From Candidatus Caribbeanibacter nitroreducens (GTDB lineage Bacteria; Gemmatimonadota; Gemmatimonadetes; Palauibacterales; Palauibacteraceae): a stretch of 64,000 nt of DNA. The position numbers and the translations under genes were made by a program. The DNA is taken from positions 140 through 64,139 of the forward strand of contig CANPVF010000126.1 of assembly GCA_947581645.1 (NCBI GenBank). The letters are read 5' to 3'. Of this stretch, positions 20,301-29,937 are shown in pieces (position 1 is the stretch's first letter; every line of letters begins with the position of its first letter). Under the pieces are notes generated by a model. It saw only the letters and a list, made by a program, of their open reading frames with translations. It was not told where the DNA came from and made no database searches.

Positions 20301-21467
20301 ATGAACGACACCGTCCGGAGGTGGACCTTCGGCCTCCTTCCCCTGCTCCTGCTGGGCGTGATGATCACCCTCTTCGTCCGGTTCGAGCCCATGGGCTTCA
20401 TGGAGGACACGTCGCCGCCGGTGCAGGAGCTGACCATCGACCGGATCACGTTCCCCGGGGAGGGGACCGTGGAGCTGCACGTCGTGAACGGCGGGCCCGA
20501 GCCGGTGACCGTGGCGCAGGTGATGGTGGACGAGGCGTACTGGGAGCACTCCATCGACGGCCCGCGGACCATCGACCGCCTGGGCGAGCGGACCATCACC
20601 ATTCCCTACGGCTGGGTCGCCGGGGAGCCGCACGAGTTCACGCTGGTGGCCTCCACCGGGGTCACCTTCAGCCGCGAGGTCCCGGTGGCCGCCCCCACGC
20701 CCGAGGTGAACGCGCAGTTCCTGGGAGCGTTCGCACTGCTGGGCGTCTACGCCGGCGTGGTTCCGGTCCTCATCGGGCTGCTCTGGTTCCCCTACCTGCG
20801 GGACCTGAGCCGCCGGTGGCTGAACTTCTTCCTCAGCCTCACCGTGGGCCTGTTGCTCTACCTGGCCGTGGACGGGCTCGTGGAGGCCTTCGAGGTGGCG
20901 GAGATGGTTCCCGGGGCCTATCAGGGCGTGGGGCTTCTGGCCCTGGGCGTGCTGGGGGCGGTGCTGGCGCTCAGGGCGGCGGGCGCGGCACAGGAGAGTT
21001 CCGACCGGGGGCCGTCGAACCTGCGGCTGGCGTACATGATCGCGCTGGGGATCGGCCTCCACAACCTGGGCGAGGGGCTGGCCATCGGGGCGGCGTACAC
21101 CGCGGGGGAGCTGGCGCTGGGCAGCTTCCTGGTCATCGGCTTCGCCGCCCACAACACCACCGAGGGGCTGGCCATCGTGGCTCCGGTGGCCGACGACCGG
21201 CCGTCCCTCTGGCACCTGGCGGCCATGGGGGCGGTGGCCGGCCTGCCCACGGTGGCCGGGACCTGGATCGGCGGCTTCTCCTACAGCCCCGTCGCCACGA
21301 CCCTCTTCCTGGCCCTGGGTGTCGGGGCCATCCTCCAGGTCGCCTGGGAGATCGGGACGTCCACGCTCCGGTCCGCGGATCAGAAGGTGCTGGTGACCCC
21401 GCTCAACGCGGCCGGGCTGGGCCTCGGTCTGCTGGTGATGTACGGGACGGCCATCTTCATGGCCTGA
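20301..21467 (+). CDS. ZIP family metal cation transporter with ~150-aa N-terminal extension
   Basis: ZIP signature helices GIGLHNLGEGLAIGAA and GFAAHNTTEGLAIV. It is 16 nt downstream of the oxidase gene. Confidence 0.8.
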   Translation: MNDTVRRWTFGLLPLLLLGVMITLFVRFEPMGFMEDTSPPVQELTIDRITFPGEGTVELHVVNGGPEPVTVAQVMVDEAYWEHSIDGPRTIDRLGERTITIPYGWVAGEPHEFTLVASTGVTFSREVPVAAPTPEVNAQFLGAFALLGVYAGVVPVLIGLLWFPYLRDLSRRWLNFFLSLTVGLLLYLAVDGLVEAFEVAEMVPGAYQGVGLLALGVLGAVLALRAAGAAQESSDRGPSNLRLAYMIALGIGLHNLGEGLAIGAAYTAGELALGSFLVIGFAAHNTTEGLAIVAPVADDRPSLWHLAAMGAVAGLPTVAGTWIGGFSYSPVATTLFLALGVGAILQVAWEIGTSTLRSADQKVLVTPLNAAGLGLGLLVMYGTAIFMA

Positions 21468-21521
21468 ACAGCTCCGCGAGTCCAGGCTCGGGAGGGCGCC
21501 GGCTCGCGTCGCTCCCCGGGC

Positions 21522-21980
21522 TCAGAACAGCCCGGCCAGCCAGTCGGCGACCACGCGGAGCTCGCGCTCGTCCCGCTCGTCGAAGGCGTCCGGGTCGTCG
21601 CTGTCCAGGTCCACCTGCCCGTGGATCCGGCCGTCCTCGCCGTCGCGGATGAGGACCACGAGCTCCGACCGCGTCTCCGTGCTGCACGCCAGGTAGTTCT
21701 CGCGTTCCCGGACGTCCGGGACGTTGATGTCCCGGCCCTCGGCCACGGCCTCGCCGCAGACGCCCTTCCCGACCGGAATCCGGTCGTGGTCCGTGGGACG
21801 GCCGATGTAGTTGTGGAGCACCAGCTCGTCGCCGTCCTCGAGGAGGTAGATCCCGACCCAGTCGAAGTGGTCCTCGCCCTCCTCGATCTCGCGGACGGCG
21901 GATCGGAGCAGCTCGTCGCGTGAGGCCCCCTCCTCCCGTGCCTCGTCCAGCCTCTCGACGACTCTCCTGCCCTCCAGCAT
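21522..21980 (-). CDS. msrC: free methionine-(R)-sulfoxide reductase (GAF-domain fRMsr)
   Basis: IPVGKGVCGEAVAEGRDINVPDV…NYLACSTETRSELVVLI matches the YebR/fRMsr active-site cysteines. The start is residue 275 of ORF 21522..22802. Confidence 0.7.
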   Translation of the reverse strand: MLEGRRVVERLDEAREEGASRDELLRSAVREIEEGEDHFDWVGIYLLEDGDELVLHNYIGRPTDHDRIPVGKGVCGEAVAEGRDINVPDVRERENYLACSTETRSELVVLIRDGEDGRIHGQVDLDSDDPDAFDERDERELRVVADWLAGLF

Positions 21981-22048
21981 GCTCTCCCCCCGGTTCCTCG
22001 TCGGTTCTGAGTCCTCGTCGGTCGCCGTCGTCGGCGGGTCCACTCTCC

Positions 22049-22585
22049 TCACCGGCCGCCGCCCGGTCCGTCTTCCGGTCCGTGGTCCCCCTCGATCAGC
22101 ACGGCCCGGACCGGCGCCGCGTCGGCCGCCCGGATCCGGAGCGGAAGGGCCCGGAGCTCGTACCGGCCCGGATCGACGTGATCCAGGACCAGGTTCTCCA
22201 GGATCTGGATTCCCGCCTCGACGCAGGCATGGTGGGCCGGGAGCTCCCTGCTGTCCACCGCGTCCACGGACGGCGCGTCGGTTCCCAGCAGGGGCACGCC
22301 CCTCCCGGCCAGGCGGCGTATCCAGGCCGGCGGAACCGGCTCCACCCGGTCGGGGAAGGAGCGATGGTCCTCCCGCCCCCAGCGGAGCAGAACGCGGTCT
22401 CCCTCCGGGACGACGCTCTCCAGGGCGGAGCCGGACAGCTCCAGCGCCTCCGGCGCGTCCAGGACGACCGCCGGGCCCATGAACGCTCCCAGCGGCAGGG
22501 CCCCCGCGGACGCTCCCGACTCGACCACGTGCAGCGGGGCGTCGGCGTGGGTGCCGTTGTGGAGGCTGGTGGTCAGGGATCCCAC
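22049..22585 (-). CDS. cyclase family protein (kynurenine formamidase-like), annotated from first canonical start (GTG)
   Basis: HNGTHADAPLH metal-binding motif. The conserved N-terminal block is in frame upstream but has no ATG/GTG/TTG (see findings). Confidence 0.65.
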   Translation of the reverse strand: MGSLTTSLHNGTHADAPLHVVESGASAGALPLGAFMGPAVVLDAPEALELSGSALESVVPEGDRVLLRWGREDHRSFPDRVEPVPPAWIRRLAGRGVPLLGTDAPSVDAVDSRELPAHHACVEAGIQILENLVLDHVDPGRYELRALPLRIRAADAAPVRAVLIEGDHGPEDGPGGGR

Positions 22586-22734
22586 GTTGACGCTGTCGCC
22601 GTCCGCGATGCGCGCGGTGGCGTCCAGGCGGACCGGCTCGTCGCCGGGCCACGGTTCCGTCTCCTCGGAGAGGGGAACGGAGACGTCGATGATCCGCTCC
22701 CCGGCGTCCCCGGCCGCCCCTTCCGGTCGCTCCG

Positions 22735-23199
22735 TCAGCTCTCCGGACCCTCCGCGCCCGCTTCACCGGCCGGGGAGATGGGCTCCCCGGCGTCGCCGGC
22801 ACGGCTGTCCAGCGCCGCCATGCCGGGACCCACCAGGACCAGGGCCAGGAGGCCCGCGATGAGGAGCAGGTTGAACTCGATGCCGCCCTGCCCCGGCCCG
22901 ATCACGTAGAAGCCGTTGGGCGCGTGGACCAGGACGATGCCCACGAGCATGTGGAAGGAGAGGAGCAGCGCGACGGGGGTGACCAGGAAGCCGATGACCA
23001 GCGCGATGCCCCCGAAGACCTCGAGCAGCGTCACCACCCAGGCGAAGAATCCGGCCAGCGGAATGCCCAGCTGTCCGAGGAACTCGCCGGTGCCGGCCAC
23101 ACCGCCGGCGATCTTCGGGTAGCCGTGGGCGATGAAGATCACGCCCAGCACGACACGCAGGATGGCGAGTCCGAGCTCCGGGTTCAGTCCGCGCTTCAT
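22735..23199 (-). CDS. DoxX family membrane protein
   Basis: MKRGLNPELGLAILRVVLGVIFIAHGYPK followed by three or four TM helices. Confidence 0.75.
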   Translation of the reverse strand: MKRGLNPELGLAILRVVLGVIFIAHGYPKIAGGVAGTGEFLGQLGIPLAGFFAWVVTLLEVFGGIALVIGFLVTPVALLLSFHMLVGIVLVHAPNGFYVIGPGQGGIEFNLLLIAGLLALVLVGPGMAALDSRAGDAGEPISPAGEAGAEGPES

Positions 23200-23283
23200 G
23201 AGATCCCTCCTCGTCCGGTGGTGGTCTCCTCCGGCGCGCTCCGGCACGTCCGGGCGGCGCCGCGGGCTCCTCGTGGGCGCCCG

Positions 23284-23808
23284 CTACATCTCAATGACTC
23301 GACCCCGCCCCTCGGTTCCCGACTCGTCCTCGTCGTCCTCGTCGAGCTGCACATCCCGGTGCATGTCCCGGGCCGTCGAGCCCGCCCCGGACGACCAGAA
23401 CCAGGCGGACCCGGACTCCCCGAACTGGACGCGTGCGTTGCCCTGCCGCACCTGCCGGCGGAGCCAGCCCCGGACCCTCTCCACGAGCTTCGCGCGGACG
23501 GGCCGGAAGAGGAGCAGGAAGCCGGCGACGTCGGTGAGCACGCCGGGCGTCACCAGGAAGGCGCCGGCCACCAGCACCATCAGGCCGTGCAGGAGCGAGT
23601 CGGCCGGAAGCTCGCCCCGGGACAGCTCCTGCTGGACCTGGAGCCAGGTGCGGGTGCCCTCCCGGCGGGCGAGGGCGGCGCCCACGATGCCCGTCACGAA
23701 GATCAGCAGGAGCGTCGGCCCCAGCCCGATGGCCTCGCCGAGCTCGATGAGGACCATCAGCTCGCCGATGGGGACCAGCGTGAAGAGGAGGAGGAGTCGA
23801 AGGAGCAT
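23284..23808 (-). CDS. fxsA: FxsA family membrane protein
   Basis: N-terminal TM pair (MLLRLLLLFTLVPIGELMVLIELGEAIG) and an acidic C-terminal tail, the typical FxsA arrangement. Confidence 0.75.
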   Translation of the reverse strand: MLLRLLLLFTLVPIGELMVLIELGEAIGLGPTLLLIFVTGIVGAALARREGTRTWLQVQQELSRGELPADSLLHGLMVLVAGAFLVTPGVLTDVAGFLLLFRPVRAKLVERVRGWLRRQVRQGNARVQFGESGSAWFWSSGAGSTARDMHRDVQLDEDDEDESGTEGRGRVIEM

Positions 23809-23910
23809 GGGGGGGAGGGAGGAGAGGGTGCGAGGAGCGGACGACCGGGAGCTGACCGCCGTCGACCTGCGACGGCGGGCGTCGGGAATCGGCCGACTCT
23901 CCGGCGCCGC

Positions 23911-24246
23911 TCAGATTCCCAGCGTGGCCCGGACCTCGTCGTCGATGCGATCGGGCGTCCAGAAGGGCTTCCAGACCAGGTTGATGTCGGCGGCGTCGAT
24001 CTCCTCGACCGACTCGGCCTGCTTCTGGCTGTTCTCGAGGATCTCGCCGCCGGCGGGACAGCCCGGGCTGGTGAGCGTCATCGTCACCAGCGCCTCGGCG
24101 TCCTCCACCTCGACGTTGTAGACGAGTCCCAGGTCGACGATGTTCATCCCGAGCTCGGGATCCCGCACTTCCCGGAGGGCCTCCATGACGTCCCGGGCGA
24201 CGGGCTCCATCTCGTCGATGTCCCTGATCGTGGCTTCTTCCACCAT
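23911..24246 (-). CDS. DUF59/MIP18-family Fe-S cluster assembly protein (SufT-like)
   Basis: 111 aa with DPELGMNIVDLGLVY…TLTSPGCPAG, the conserved Cys of DUF59 proteins. Confidence 0.75.
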   Translation of the reverse strand: MVEEATIRDIDEMEPVARDVMEALREVRDPELGMNIVDLGLVYNVEVEDAEALVTMTLTSPGCPAGGEILENSQKQAESVEEIDAADINLVWKPFWTPDRIDDEVRATLGI

Positions 24247-24410
24247 GGTCGTGCCTCGCTGAAGTTGACGCTGTCGGGCCGTCCGGCCCGGTCTCTCGCT
24301 CTCCGGGAGGGCGTCTCCGGAGCCGCGGTGCGGACGCTGCTACCCGTGAGCCCCCGGCTTGTTTGCGATCCGGCCGGCGGCGCGTTCTCCGCACGGCCGG
24401 CGCGGCGCAC

Positions 24411-25655
24411 TCAGGCGCCGAGCTCGTCGGCCAGATCCTCCAGTCCGGCGCCCGGGTCCCCCAGCCGCTCGTCGAACGTCGCCCGGGCCCGCACGAGCCG
24501 CCGGCAGGCGTCCATCGGCTCCTGGTCGTTGATCAGGATCGCCGACACCACCCGTCCGTCGCGCTCGCCCAGGGCCACGCATCCCTCGTCGGCCGCGTCC
24601 TCCAGGTCGCCGCGGAGGACCGTGCGGTCGGCGGTCGTCGGGCGGCCGTAGACGTTCAGGCTGAGGTCGAAGACGTCGGTGAAGAAATAGGAGAGGTGGT
24701 CGTAGCTCTCGCCGGCGCCGGCCATGTTGCGCCCGGCCAGTCGCCCGTGGGCCTTCGCGTGGTCCCAGTGCTCCACCCGCGCCCGATCTCCGAAGACCGG
24801 GTCGGGATATCGGGCCACGTCGCCGGCGGCGTAGATCCCCTCCGCGTCCGTCTCGGCGTGCTCGTCGACCACGATGCCGTCGTCCACCGCGAGCCCGGCG
24901 TCGGCGGCCAGCTCGTGGTTGGGGCGGATCCCGACGCCGACCACGGCCAGGCCGCAGTCGAGCCGGCCGCCGCCGGAGAGCTCGGCCTCCTCCACCGCGT
25001 CGCCGCCCGCGAAGGCGTCGACGCTCTCTCCGAGCCGGAACTCGACGCCTCGCTCCTCGAAGTACGACTGCATCCAGTCCGCGAGGCGCCCCGGCAGCAT
25101 CCGTCCCCACACCCGGTCCTGGACCTCCACCACGGTGGGCCGGGCGTCGAAGTCGGTGAACGCGGCGGCCAGCTCCATTCCGATGAAGCCGGCCCCGACC
25201 AGCACCGTCCGGTCCGCTTCCCGGGCCCGGGACCGGATCCGCTCGGAGTCGCCCGCCGTCCGCAGCGTCGCGACGCCCTCCAGGTCGGTGCCCGGCACGT
25301 CGAGGTCGCGCGGTCGCCCGCCGGTGACCAGGAGGATCCGCCGTGCCGTGACGTCCCCGCCGGAGGCCGTCTCCACCTTCATGGCGTCCGGGGAGAGACG
25401 GGTGGCGCGCCGGCCCAGGTGCAGCTCCGCGTCGGCCTCCTCCTCGAACCATCCCTCGGGCTTCACGTGCAGGAGGCTCCGGGGGGCGCCGTCGGGTGCC
25501 TGGAGAAACTCCTTCGACAGCGGCGGCCGGTGGTAGGGAGCGTCCTCCTCGTCCGACAGGACGGCGATGGAGCCGTCCTCGTCGACCTCCCGGATGCCGT
25601 CGACGGCCGAGGCGGCGGCGAGACCGCCGCCCACGATCAGATAGTCGTAGTCCAT
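24411..25655 (-). CDS. FAD-dependent pyridine nucleotide-disulfide oxidoreductase (ferredoxin/rubredoxin reductase-like)
   Basis: MDYDYLIVGGGLAAASA (FAD GxGxxG) and VLVGAGFIGMELAAA (NAD GxGxxG). Confidence 0.85.
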   Translation of the reverse strand: MDYDYLIVGGGLAAASAVDGIREVDEDGSIAVLSDEEDAPYHRPPLSKEFLQAPDGAPRSLLHVKPEGWFEEEADAELHLGRRATRLSPDAMKVETASGGDVTARRILLVTGGRPRDLDVPGTDLEGVATLRTAGDSERIRSRAREADRTVLVGAGFIGMELAAAFTDFDARPTVVEVQDRVWGRMLPGRLADWMQSYFEERGVEFRLGESVDAFAGGDAVEEAELSGGGRLDCGLAVVGVGIRPNHELAADAGLAVDDGIVVDEHAETDAEGIYAAGDVARYPDPVFGDRARVEHWDHAKAHGRLAGRNMAGAGESYDHLSYFFTDVFDLSLNVYGRPTTADRTVLRGDLEDAADEGCVALGERDGRVVSAILINDQEPMDACRRLVRARATFDERLGDPGAGLEDLADELGA

Positions 25656-25722
25656 GGGTGGCCCGTGGGGTACGGTGAATTCGTCTCGCGTGCGCGGCGG
25701 GCGGGCAGGCTCGGCGGCGGCC

Positions 25723-26667
25723 TCACGGTGCCCCCTCCCGCTCCGCGATTCGGTAGAAGACGACGCGACCGGCCTGCAGCTCGGGCACCGCCAGCAGGGC
25801 GTCCCTCCGGAGGAAGTCCGCGGGCGTTGTGAGGCCCTCGAGCCAGGGGGGTGAGGGCTCCCAGTGCCCGGGGCGCCGGCGGTGCAGCGCGTGCAGCGTG
25901 CCGCGGCCGAAGTCGGAATACAGGATCCGGTCCTCGCCGGCGGGCTGGATTCCGTCCAGGTTCTCGGCGTCCAGCGGATCCGCCAGCAGGGTGACGGAGC
26001 TGTCCGGGTCGAGGCGGAGCACGGCGCCCTCCCATCCGGCCACCAGCAGGCCCGGACCGGCCGGGTCGGCGTGCAGGCCGTTGGCGCCGCTCAGCGAGCC
26101 GGCGGCGCCGTGTCGGCTCCACGCCTCGCCGGCGGGATCGACCCGGTAGACGGCATCGCCCCGGGAGTCCGACACGTACACCGCCCCGTCGTGTCCCACC
26201 GCCACGTCGTTCAGGAAGCGGCTCTCCGGAATCGTCAGCTCGAAGACGGCCGTGTCGGCGCGCAGATCGACGCCCACCACGGTGTGGAGGTCGGCGATCC
26301 ACGCCCGGTCGCCCCGGACGTCGATCCCCTTCGGCGCATCCAGGACGGCGCCGAGGCTGCCGGACGTCATGGCCCGGCGCTGCACCGAGTCGCCGGAGGG
26401 GGAGACGGCGGTGACGAAGCCGTTTCCGTCCTCCGCCGACGGCTCGCCGGCGATGTTCGTGATCAGGTACCTGCTCCGGGCGCTGTCCCAGGCCACGCTC
26501 TCCGGACTCCGGAGCGAGTCGACGGCGAAGAGGCGGGTCAGCTCCGGCGGGGTCGTCCCGGCGGTCTCCGTCTCCTCGCCGGCGCATGACGCCAGCGGCG
26601 CCAGGAGCAGCAGGACACCGAAGACGGGCAGGAGCCGCCGGGCAGGACGCGTGGTCGCCGGGCTCAC
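25723..26667 (-). CDS. lipoprotein, SMP-30/gluconolactonase/LRE-like six-bladed beta-propeller
   Basis: Lipobox LLLAPLASCAG. Repeated blade-like segments (PESVAWD, AVYVSDSRGDAVYRVDP). Confidence 0.55.
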   Translation of the reverse strand: MSPATTRPARRLLPVFGVLLLLAPLASCAGEETETAGTTPPELTRLFAVDSLRSPESVAWDSARSRYLITNIAGEPSAEDGNGFVTAVSPSGDSVQRRAMTSGSLGAVLDAPKGIDVRGDRAWIADLHTVVGVDLRADTAVFELTIPESRFLNDVAVGHDGAVYVSDSRGDAVYRVDPAGEAWSRHGAAGSLSGANGLHADPAGPGLLVAGWEGAVLRLDPDSSVTLLADPLDAENLDGIQPAGEDRILYSDFGRGTLHALHRRRPGHWEPSPPWLEGLTTPADFLRRDALLAVPELQAGRVVFYRIAEREGAP

Positions 26668-26669
26668 GG

Positions 26670-27383
26670 CTACGGGTTGACCGGGCGGATCTCCACTTCG
26701 CTCACGGTGCCGCGGTCCGAGAGACGGACGGACTCGACGATCAGCTCCGCCACGTCCTCCGGCGCCACGATCCTGTCGCGGTCGGGGTCGTGCCCCTCGG
26801 CCTCGTCGAAGAACGGCGTGTCCACCGAACCGGGGCAGACGGTGAGGACCCGCACGCCGCGGTCACGGAGCTCCACCATCAGGGACTTGGAGAGCCCCAT
26901 GACGGCGTGCTTGGAGCCGGCGTAGACCGAGCCCTTCGGAAAGAAGTTCTTCCCGGCCAGCGAGGCCACGTTGACGACCACACCGTCGCCACGCTCGGCC
27001 ATGGCCGGGGCGAACGCTTTGCAGCACAGGAAGACGCCCCGGACGTTGACCCCGAAGCAGCGGTCGAAGTCGTCCACGCTCAGCTCCTCCAGGGAGCCGA
27101 AGAGGCCGATTCCGGCGTTGTTGACCAGGACGTCGACCGGACCGAGCTCGTCGCGGACCCGCCCGGCCAGGTGCTCCACGTCCTCCTGCCGGGAGACGTC
27201 GGCCGGGACCGGCAGGACCTCGCCGCCCTCCGATCGGATCTCCTCTGCCGCCTCCTCCAGGTCCGGCTCCGTGCGGGCGCAGATGGCGACACGGGCGCCG
27301 TCCCGGGCCAGGGCGCGGGCGGTGGCCCGTCCGATGCCGGTGCTTCCGCCGGTGACGAGGGCGACGCGATCGTCCAGCTCCAT
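26670..27383 (-). CDS. short-chain dehydrogenase/reductase (SDR)
   Basis: VALVTGGSTGIGRA (TGxxxGxG), NNAG, and the catalytic YAGSK. Confidence 0.85.
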   Translation of the reverse strand: MELDDRVALVTGGSTGIGRATARALARDGARVAICARTEPDLEEAAEEIRSEGGEVLPVPADVSRQEDVEHLAGRVRDELGPVDVLVNNAGIGLFGSLEELSVDDFDRCFGVNVRGVFLCCKAFAPAMAERGDGVVVNVASLAGKNFFPKGSVYAGSKHAVMGLSKSLMVELRDRGVRVLTVCPGSVDTPFFDEAEGHDPDRDRIVAPEDVAELIVESVRLSDRGTVSEVEIRPVNP

Positions 27384-27491
27384 GTGTCTCCTCTCTCACT
27401 GCCGATGGGCGAGTGCTCGGGGCGGGGCTCCGGGGACATGTCCGCGGCAACTTCCGTACGCGCCGCCGTGGAGGTCGTGCCTCCCGTCCCG

Positions 27492-28784
27492 TCAGGTCAG
27501 CGCCCGGTCCACCAGCTCCACGGGATGGACCGCCCGGACCGCCGCCCGACGCTCCCTGAGCCCCGAGCCGATCTGCATCAGACAGCCCGGGTTCCCGGTG
27601 GCGACCCAGCGGGGGGCGTCGCCCTCGATGTCGTCGAGCTTGGGGGCCAGCACGCGCTCCGCCAGCTCCGGCTGCAGGAGATTGTAGATGCCGGCACCGC
27701 CGCAGCAGCTGTCGCACGACGGGAGACGGCTCACCTCGAGCCCCTCGATGCGGCCCAGCACGTCCAGGGGCTCGTCCTCCACTCCCTGGCCGTGCAGCAG
27801 GTGGCAGGGGGCGTCGTACGCCACCCGTCCCGCCAGCGCGAGCGGCGGACGCTCCGGGGCGTCGTCCAGGAGCTCGGTGACGTCGCGGACGCGGTCGGCC
27901 AGCTCCCGCGCCCGGGCCACCCAGACCGGGTCGCCGGCCATCCACTCCGGGTACTCCCGCATGGCCGCGCCGCAGCCGGCCGAGTTGACGGCGATCCGGT
28001 CGGCGCCGCTCTCCTCGAAGGCCCGGATGTTCCGCCGGGCCAGCTCCCGGGCCTCCTCCTTCATCCCCGCGTGCGCGTGGAGCGCGCCGCAGCAGCCCTG
28101 CTCCGTCGCCGCGACCTCCCCGTAACCGTGGGCGCCGAGGACCCTCCTCGTCGCCCCGTTGACGTGCCCGAAGAGCCCCGACATCACGCATCCCTCCAGC
28201 AGGGCGAAGGAGGGCGCGTCGGAAGCGGGCGCCTCCGCGTCGCTCCCGGCATTTCCGGCATCCCCGGCATCCGCCGCCCCGTCCGCGGGACGGGTCGACG
28301 CCAGCAGCCGCATGGCCAGGCCGGCCCGGCCGGGCAGCACCCGCTCCAGAGCTCCCGCCAGGCCCGTGGCGCGCAGGGCGCGGCCCAGGCCCAGGGCAAG
28401 CCGGGTGCGGAGGGCGTCGCTGAACACCCAGAGCAGCAGGCGGGTCAGGAGGTCCGGTCCGCCGGCCGCCTCGGTGCGGTCCGCCCGGGCCCGCTCCAGC
28501 AGGGAGCCGTACTCCACGCCGGCGGGACAGGCCGTCTCGCAGGCCCGGCATCCCAGGCAGCGGTCGATGTGGGTCGCGAACGCCCCGTCGTCGGAGTCCA
28601 GGCGTTCCTCGACGAGGGCGCGCATGAGATAGATCCGTCCCCGGGGCGAGTCGTTCTCGTCCCCGAGGACGCGGTAGGTGGGACACGCCTGCAGGCAGAA
28701 GCCGCAGTGGACGCAGGCCAGGATCCCCTCCTCGTCCTCCGCCAGGTGGAGGTCGGCCAGCCCGGCCCGCCGATCGTCGGTCAC
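27492..28784 (-). CDS. glcF: glycolate oxidase iron-sulfur subunit
   Basis: CVHCGFCLQACP and CLGCRACETACP ferredoxin-like clusters plus C-terminal CCG domains. Confidence 0.8.
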   Translation of the reverse strand: MTDDRRAGLADLHLAEDEEGILACVHCGFCLQACPTYRVLGDENDSPRGRIYLMRALVEERLDSDDGAFATHIDRCLGCRACETACPAGVEYGSLLERARADRTEAAGGPDLLTRLLLWVFSDALRTRLALGLGRALRATGLAGALERVLPGRAGLAMRLLASTRPADGAADAGDAGNAGSDAEAPASDAPSFALLEGCVMSGLFGHVNGATRRVLGAHGYGEVAATEQGCCGALHAHAGMKEEARELARRNIRAFEESGADRIAVNSAGCGAAMREYPEWMAGDPVWVARARELADRVRDVTELLDDAPERPPLALAGRVAYDAPCHLLHGQGVEDEPLDVLGRIEGLEVSRLPSCDSCCGGAGIYNLLQPELAERVLAPKLDDIEGDAPRWVATGNPGCLMQIGSGLRERRAAVRAVHPVELVDRALT

Positions 28785-28788
28785 CGTC

Positions 28789-29310
28789 TCAGGAGCCGTC
28801 CGGGGACGCCGAGGGGAGGGGGACCGCGGAGCTGTGGTCGTGCACGATCCACCACCGGCCCTGGATCCGCTCCCAGACCAGCGAGAACCAGCCCGTGCCC
28901 GTCACCGAGTCGCCGCGTAGCAGAGTGTACCGGCCGATGCTCAGGGCCCGCCCCTCGCCGAGCCCCCGGACCCGGACGTCGCCGAAGCGGAGGGAGTCGC
29001 GGCGGGCCTCCCCGGAGAAGACGGGCTCGTAGCGCTCACGGAGCTCGGCGAAGCCGGATCGGAGCCCGCCGGAGCCGATGTAGGTGGTGGAGTCGGATTG
29101 CCGGTAGGAAGCCAGGAAGTCGCCGATCTCGCCCCGGTTCCACCCCGCCGCGGAGCTGTCCAGCGCGGACCGGATCACCGAGTCCGGCGCCTCCGCCCCC
29201 CGCCACTCGCGCTGCTCCGAGGGGGGCACCTCCTCGACCCAGCAGCCCGCTCCCGGGGCTGCCAGGAGGACCGCAGCGGCGGCCGCCACGGACCGCCGGA
29301 CCGCGGTCAC
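28789..29310 (-). CDS. secreted SnoaL-like/DUF4440-fold protein
   Basis: GTG start VTAVRRSVAAAAAVLLAAPGAGC (signal/lipobox). C-terminal WFSLVWERIQGRWWIVHDHSS is typical of the NTF2-like DUF4440 fold. GTGA overlap with the upstream stop. Confidence 0.55.
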   Translation of the reverse strand: MTAVRRSVAAAAAVLLAAPGAGCWVEEVPPSEQREWRGAEAPDSVIRSALDSSAAGWNRGEIGDFLASYRQSDSTTYIGSGGLRSGFAELRERYEPVFSGEARRDSLRFGDVRVRGLGEGRALSIGRYTLLRGDSVTGTGWFSLVWERIQGRWWIVHDHSSAVPLPSASPDGS

Positions 29311-29918
29311 GTGGAGCCCTCCCCGTCGCTCCCGTCCGCGCGCTCCCGCTGCGGCGTCCACCGCCGCTCCCGCGACCCTGCGCGGCGGTTCACAGCCCGG
29401 GCCAGGGTGAAGAGGAGGTCCGACAGGCGGTTCACGTAGGGGAGGACCGCGTCCTCCAGGTCCGGGCGCTCCTCCAGGAGGCGGGTGATGGCCCGCTCCG
29501 CGCGGCGACAGATCGTGCGGGCCACGTGCAGCTGCGCGCCGGCCCTGCTGCCGCCGGGCAGGATGAACGCGTCGAGCTCGGGGAGCTCCCGGTCCAGCTC
29601 GTCGATCCACTCCTCCAGGTCCTGGATGCGGGAGCTGTCCAGCGGGGGGATGGTGCCCCGCTCCGTGGCCTCCGCCGGGTCGGCCGCCGCCAGCCGCGAG
29701 CCGATGGTGAAGAGGTCCTCCTGGATCGCAGCCGTCCGCTGCCCGTCGAGGTGACCCCCTCCCTGCTCGTCCTCGTCCATGGCGAGAGCCAGCCCCAGGG
29801 CGGCGTTCAGCTCGTCCACGGCGCCGTAGGCCGCGACCCGCGGGTCGTCCTTGCGGACGCGCGCGCCTCCGAAGAGGTCCGTCTCGCCCTGGTCGCCTCG
29901 TCGCGTGTAGATCTTCAT
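29307..29918 (-). CDS. pduO: PduO-type ATP:cob(I)alamin adenosyltransferase
   Basis: MKIYTRRGDQGETDLFGGARV…AYGAVDELNAALG matches the PduO/MMAB N-terminus. Confidence 0.8.
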   Translation of the reverse strand: MKIYTRRGDQGETDLFGGARVRKDDPRVAAYGAVDELNAALGLALAMDEDEQGGGHLDGQRTAAIQEDLFTIGSRLAAADPAEATERGTIPPLDSSRIQDLEEWIDELDRELPELDAFILPGGSRAGAQLHVARTICRRAERAITRLLEERPDLEDAVLPYVNRLSDLLFTLARAVNRRAGSRERRWTPQRERADGSDGEGST

Positions 29919-29937
29919 GGAACGATCCGGTCGGAAT

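Noticed and set aside
19029-21215. 728-aa minus-strand ORF antisense to the multicopper oxidase and ZIP genes
   Set aside because: Shadow ORF. The plus-strand genes carry diagnostic Cu-ligand and ZIP motifs.
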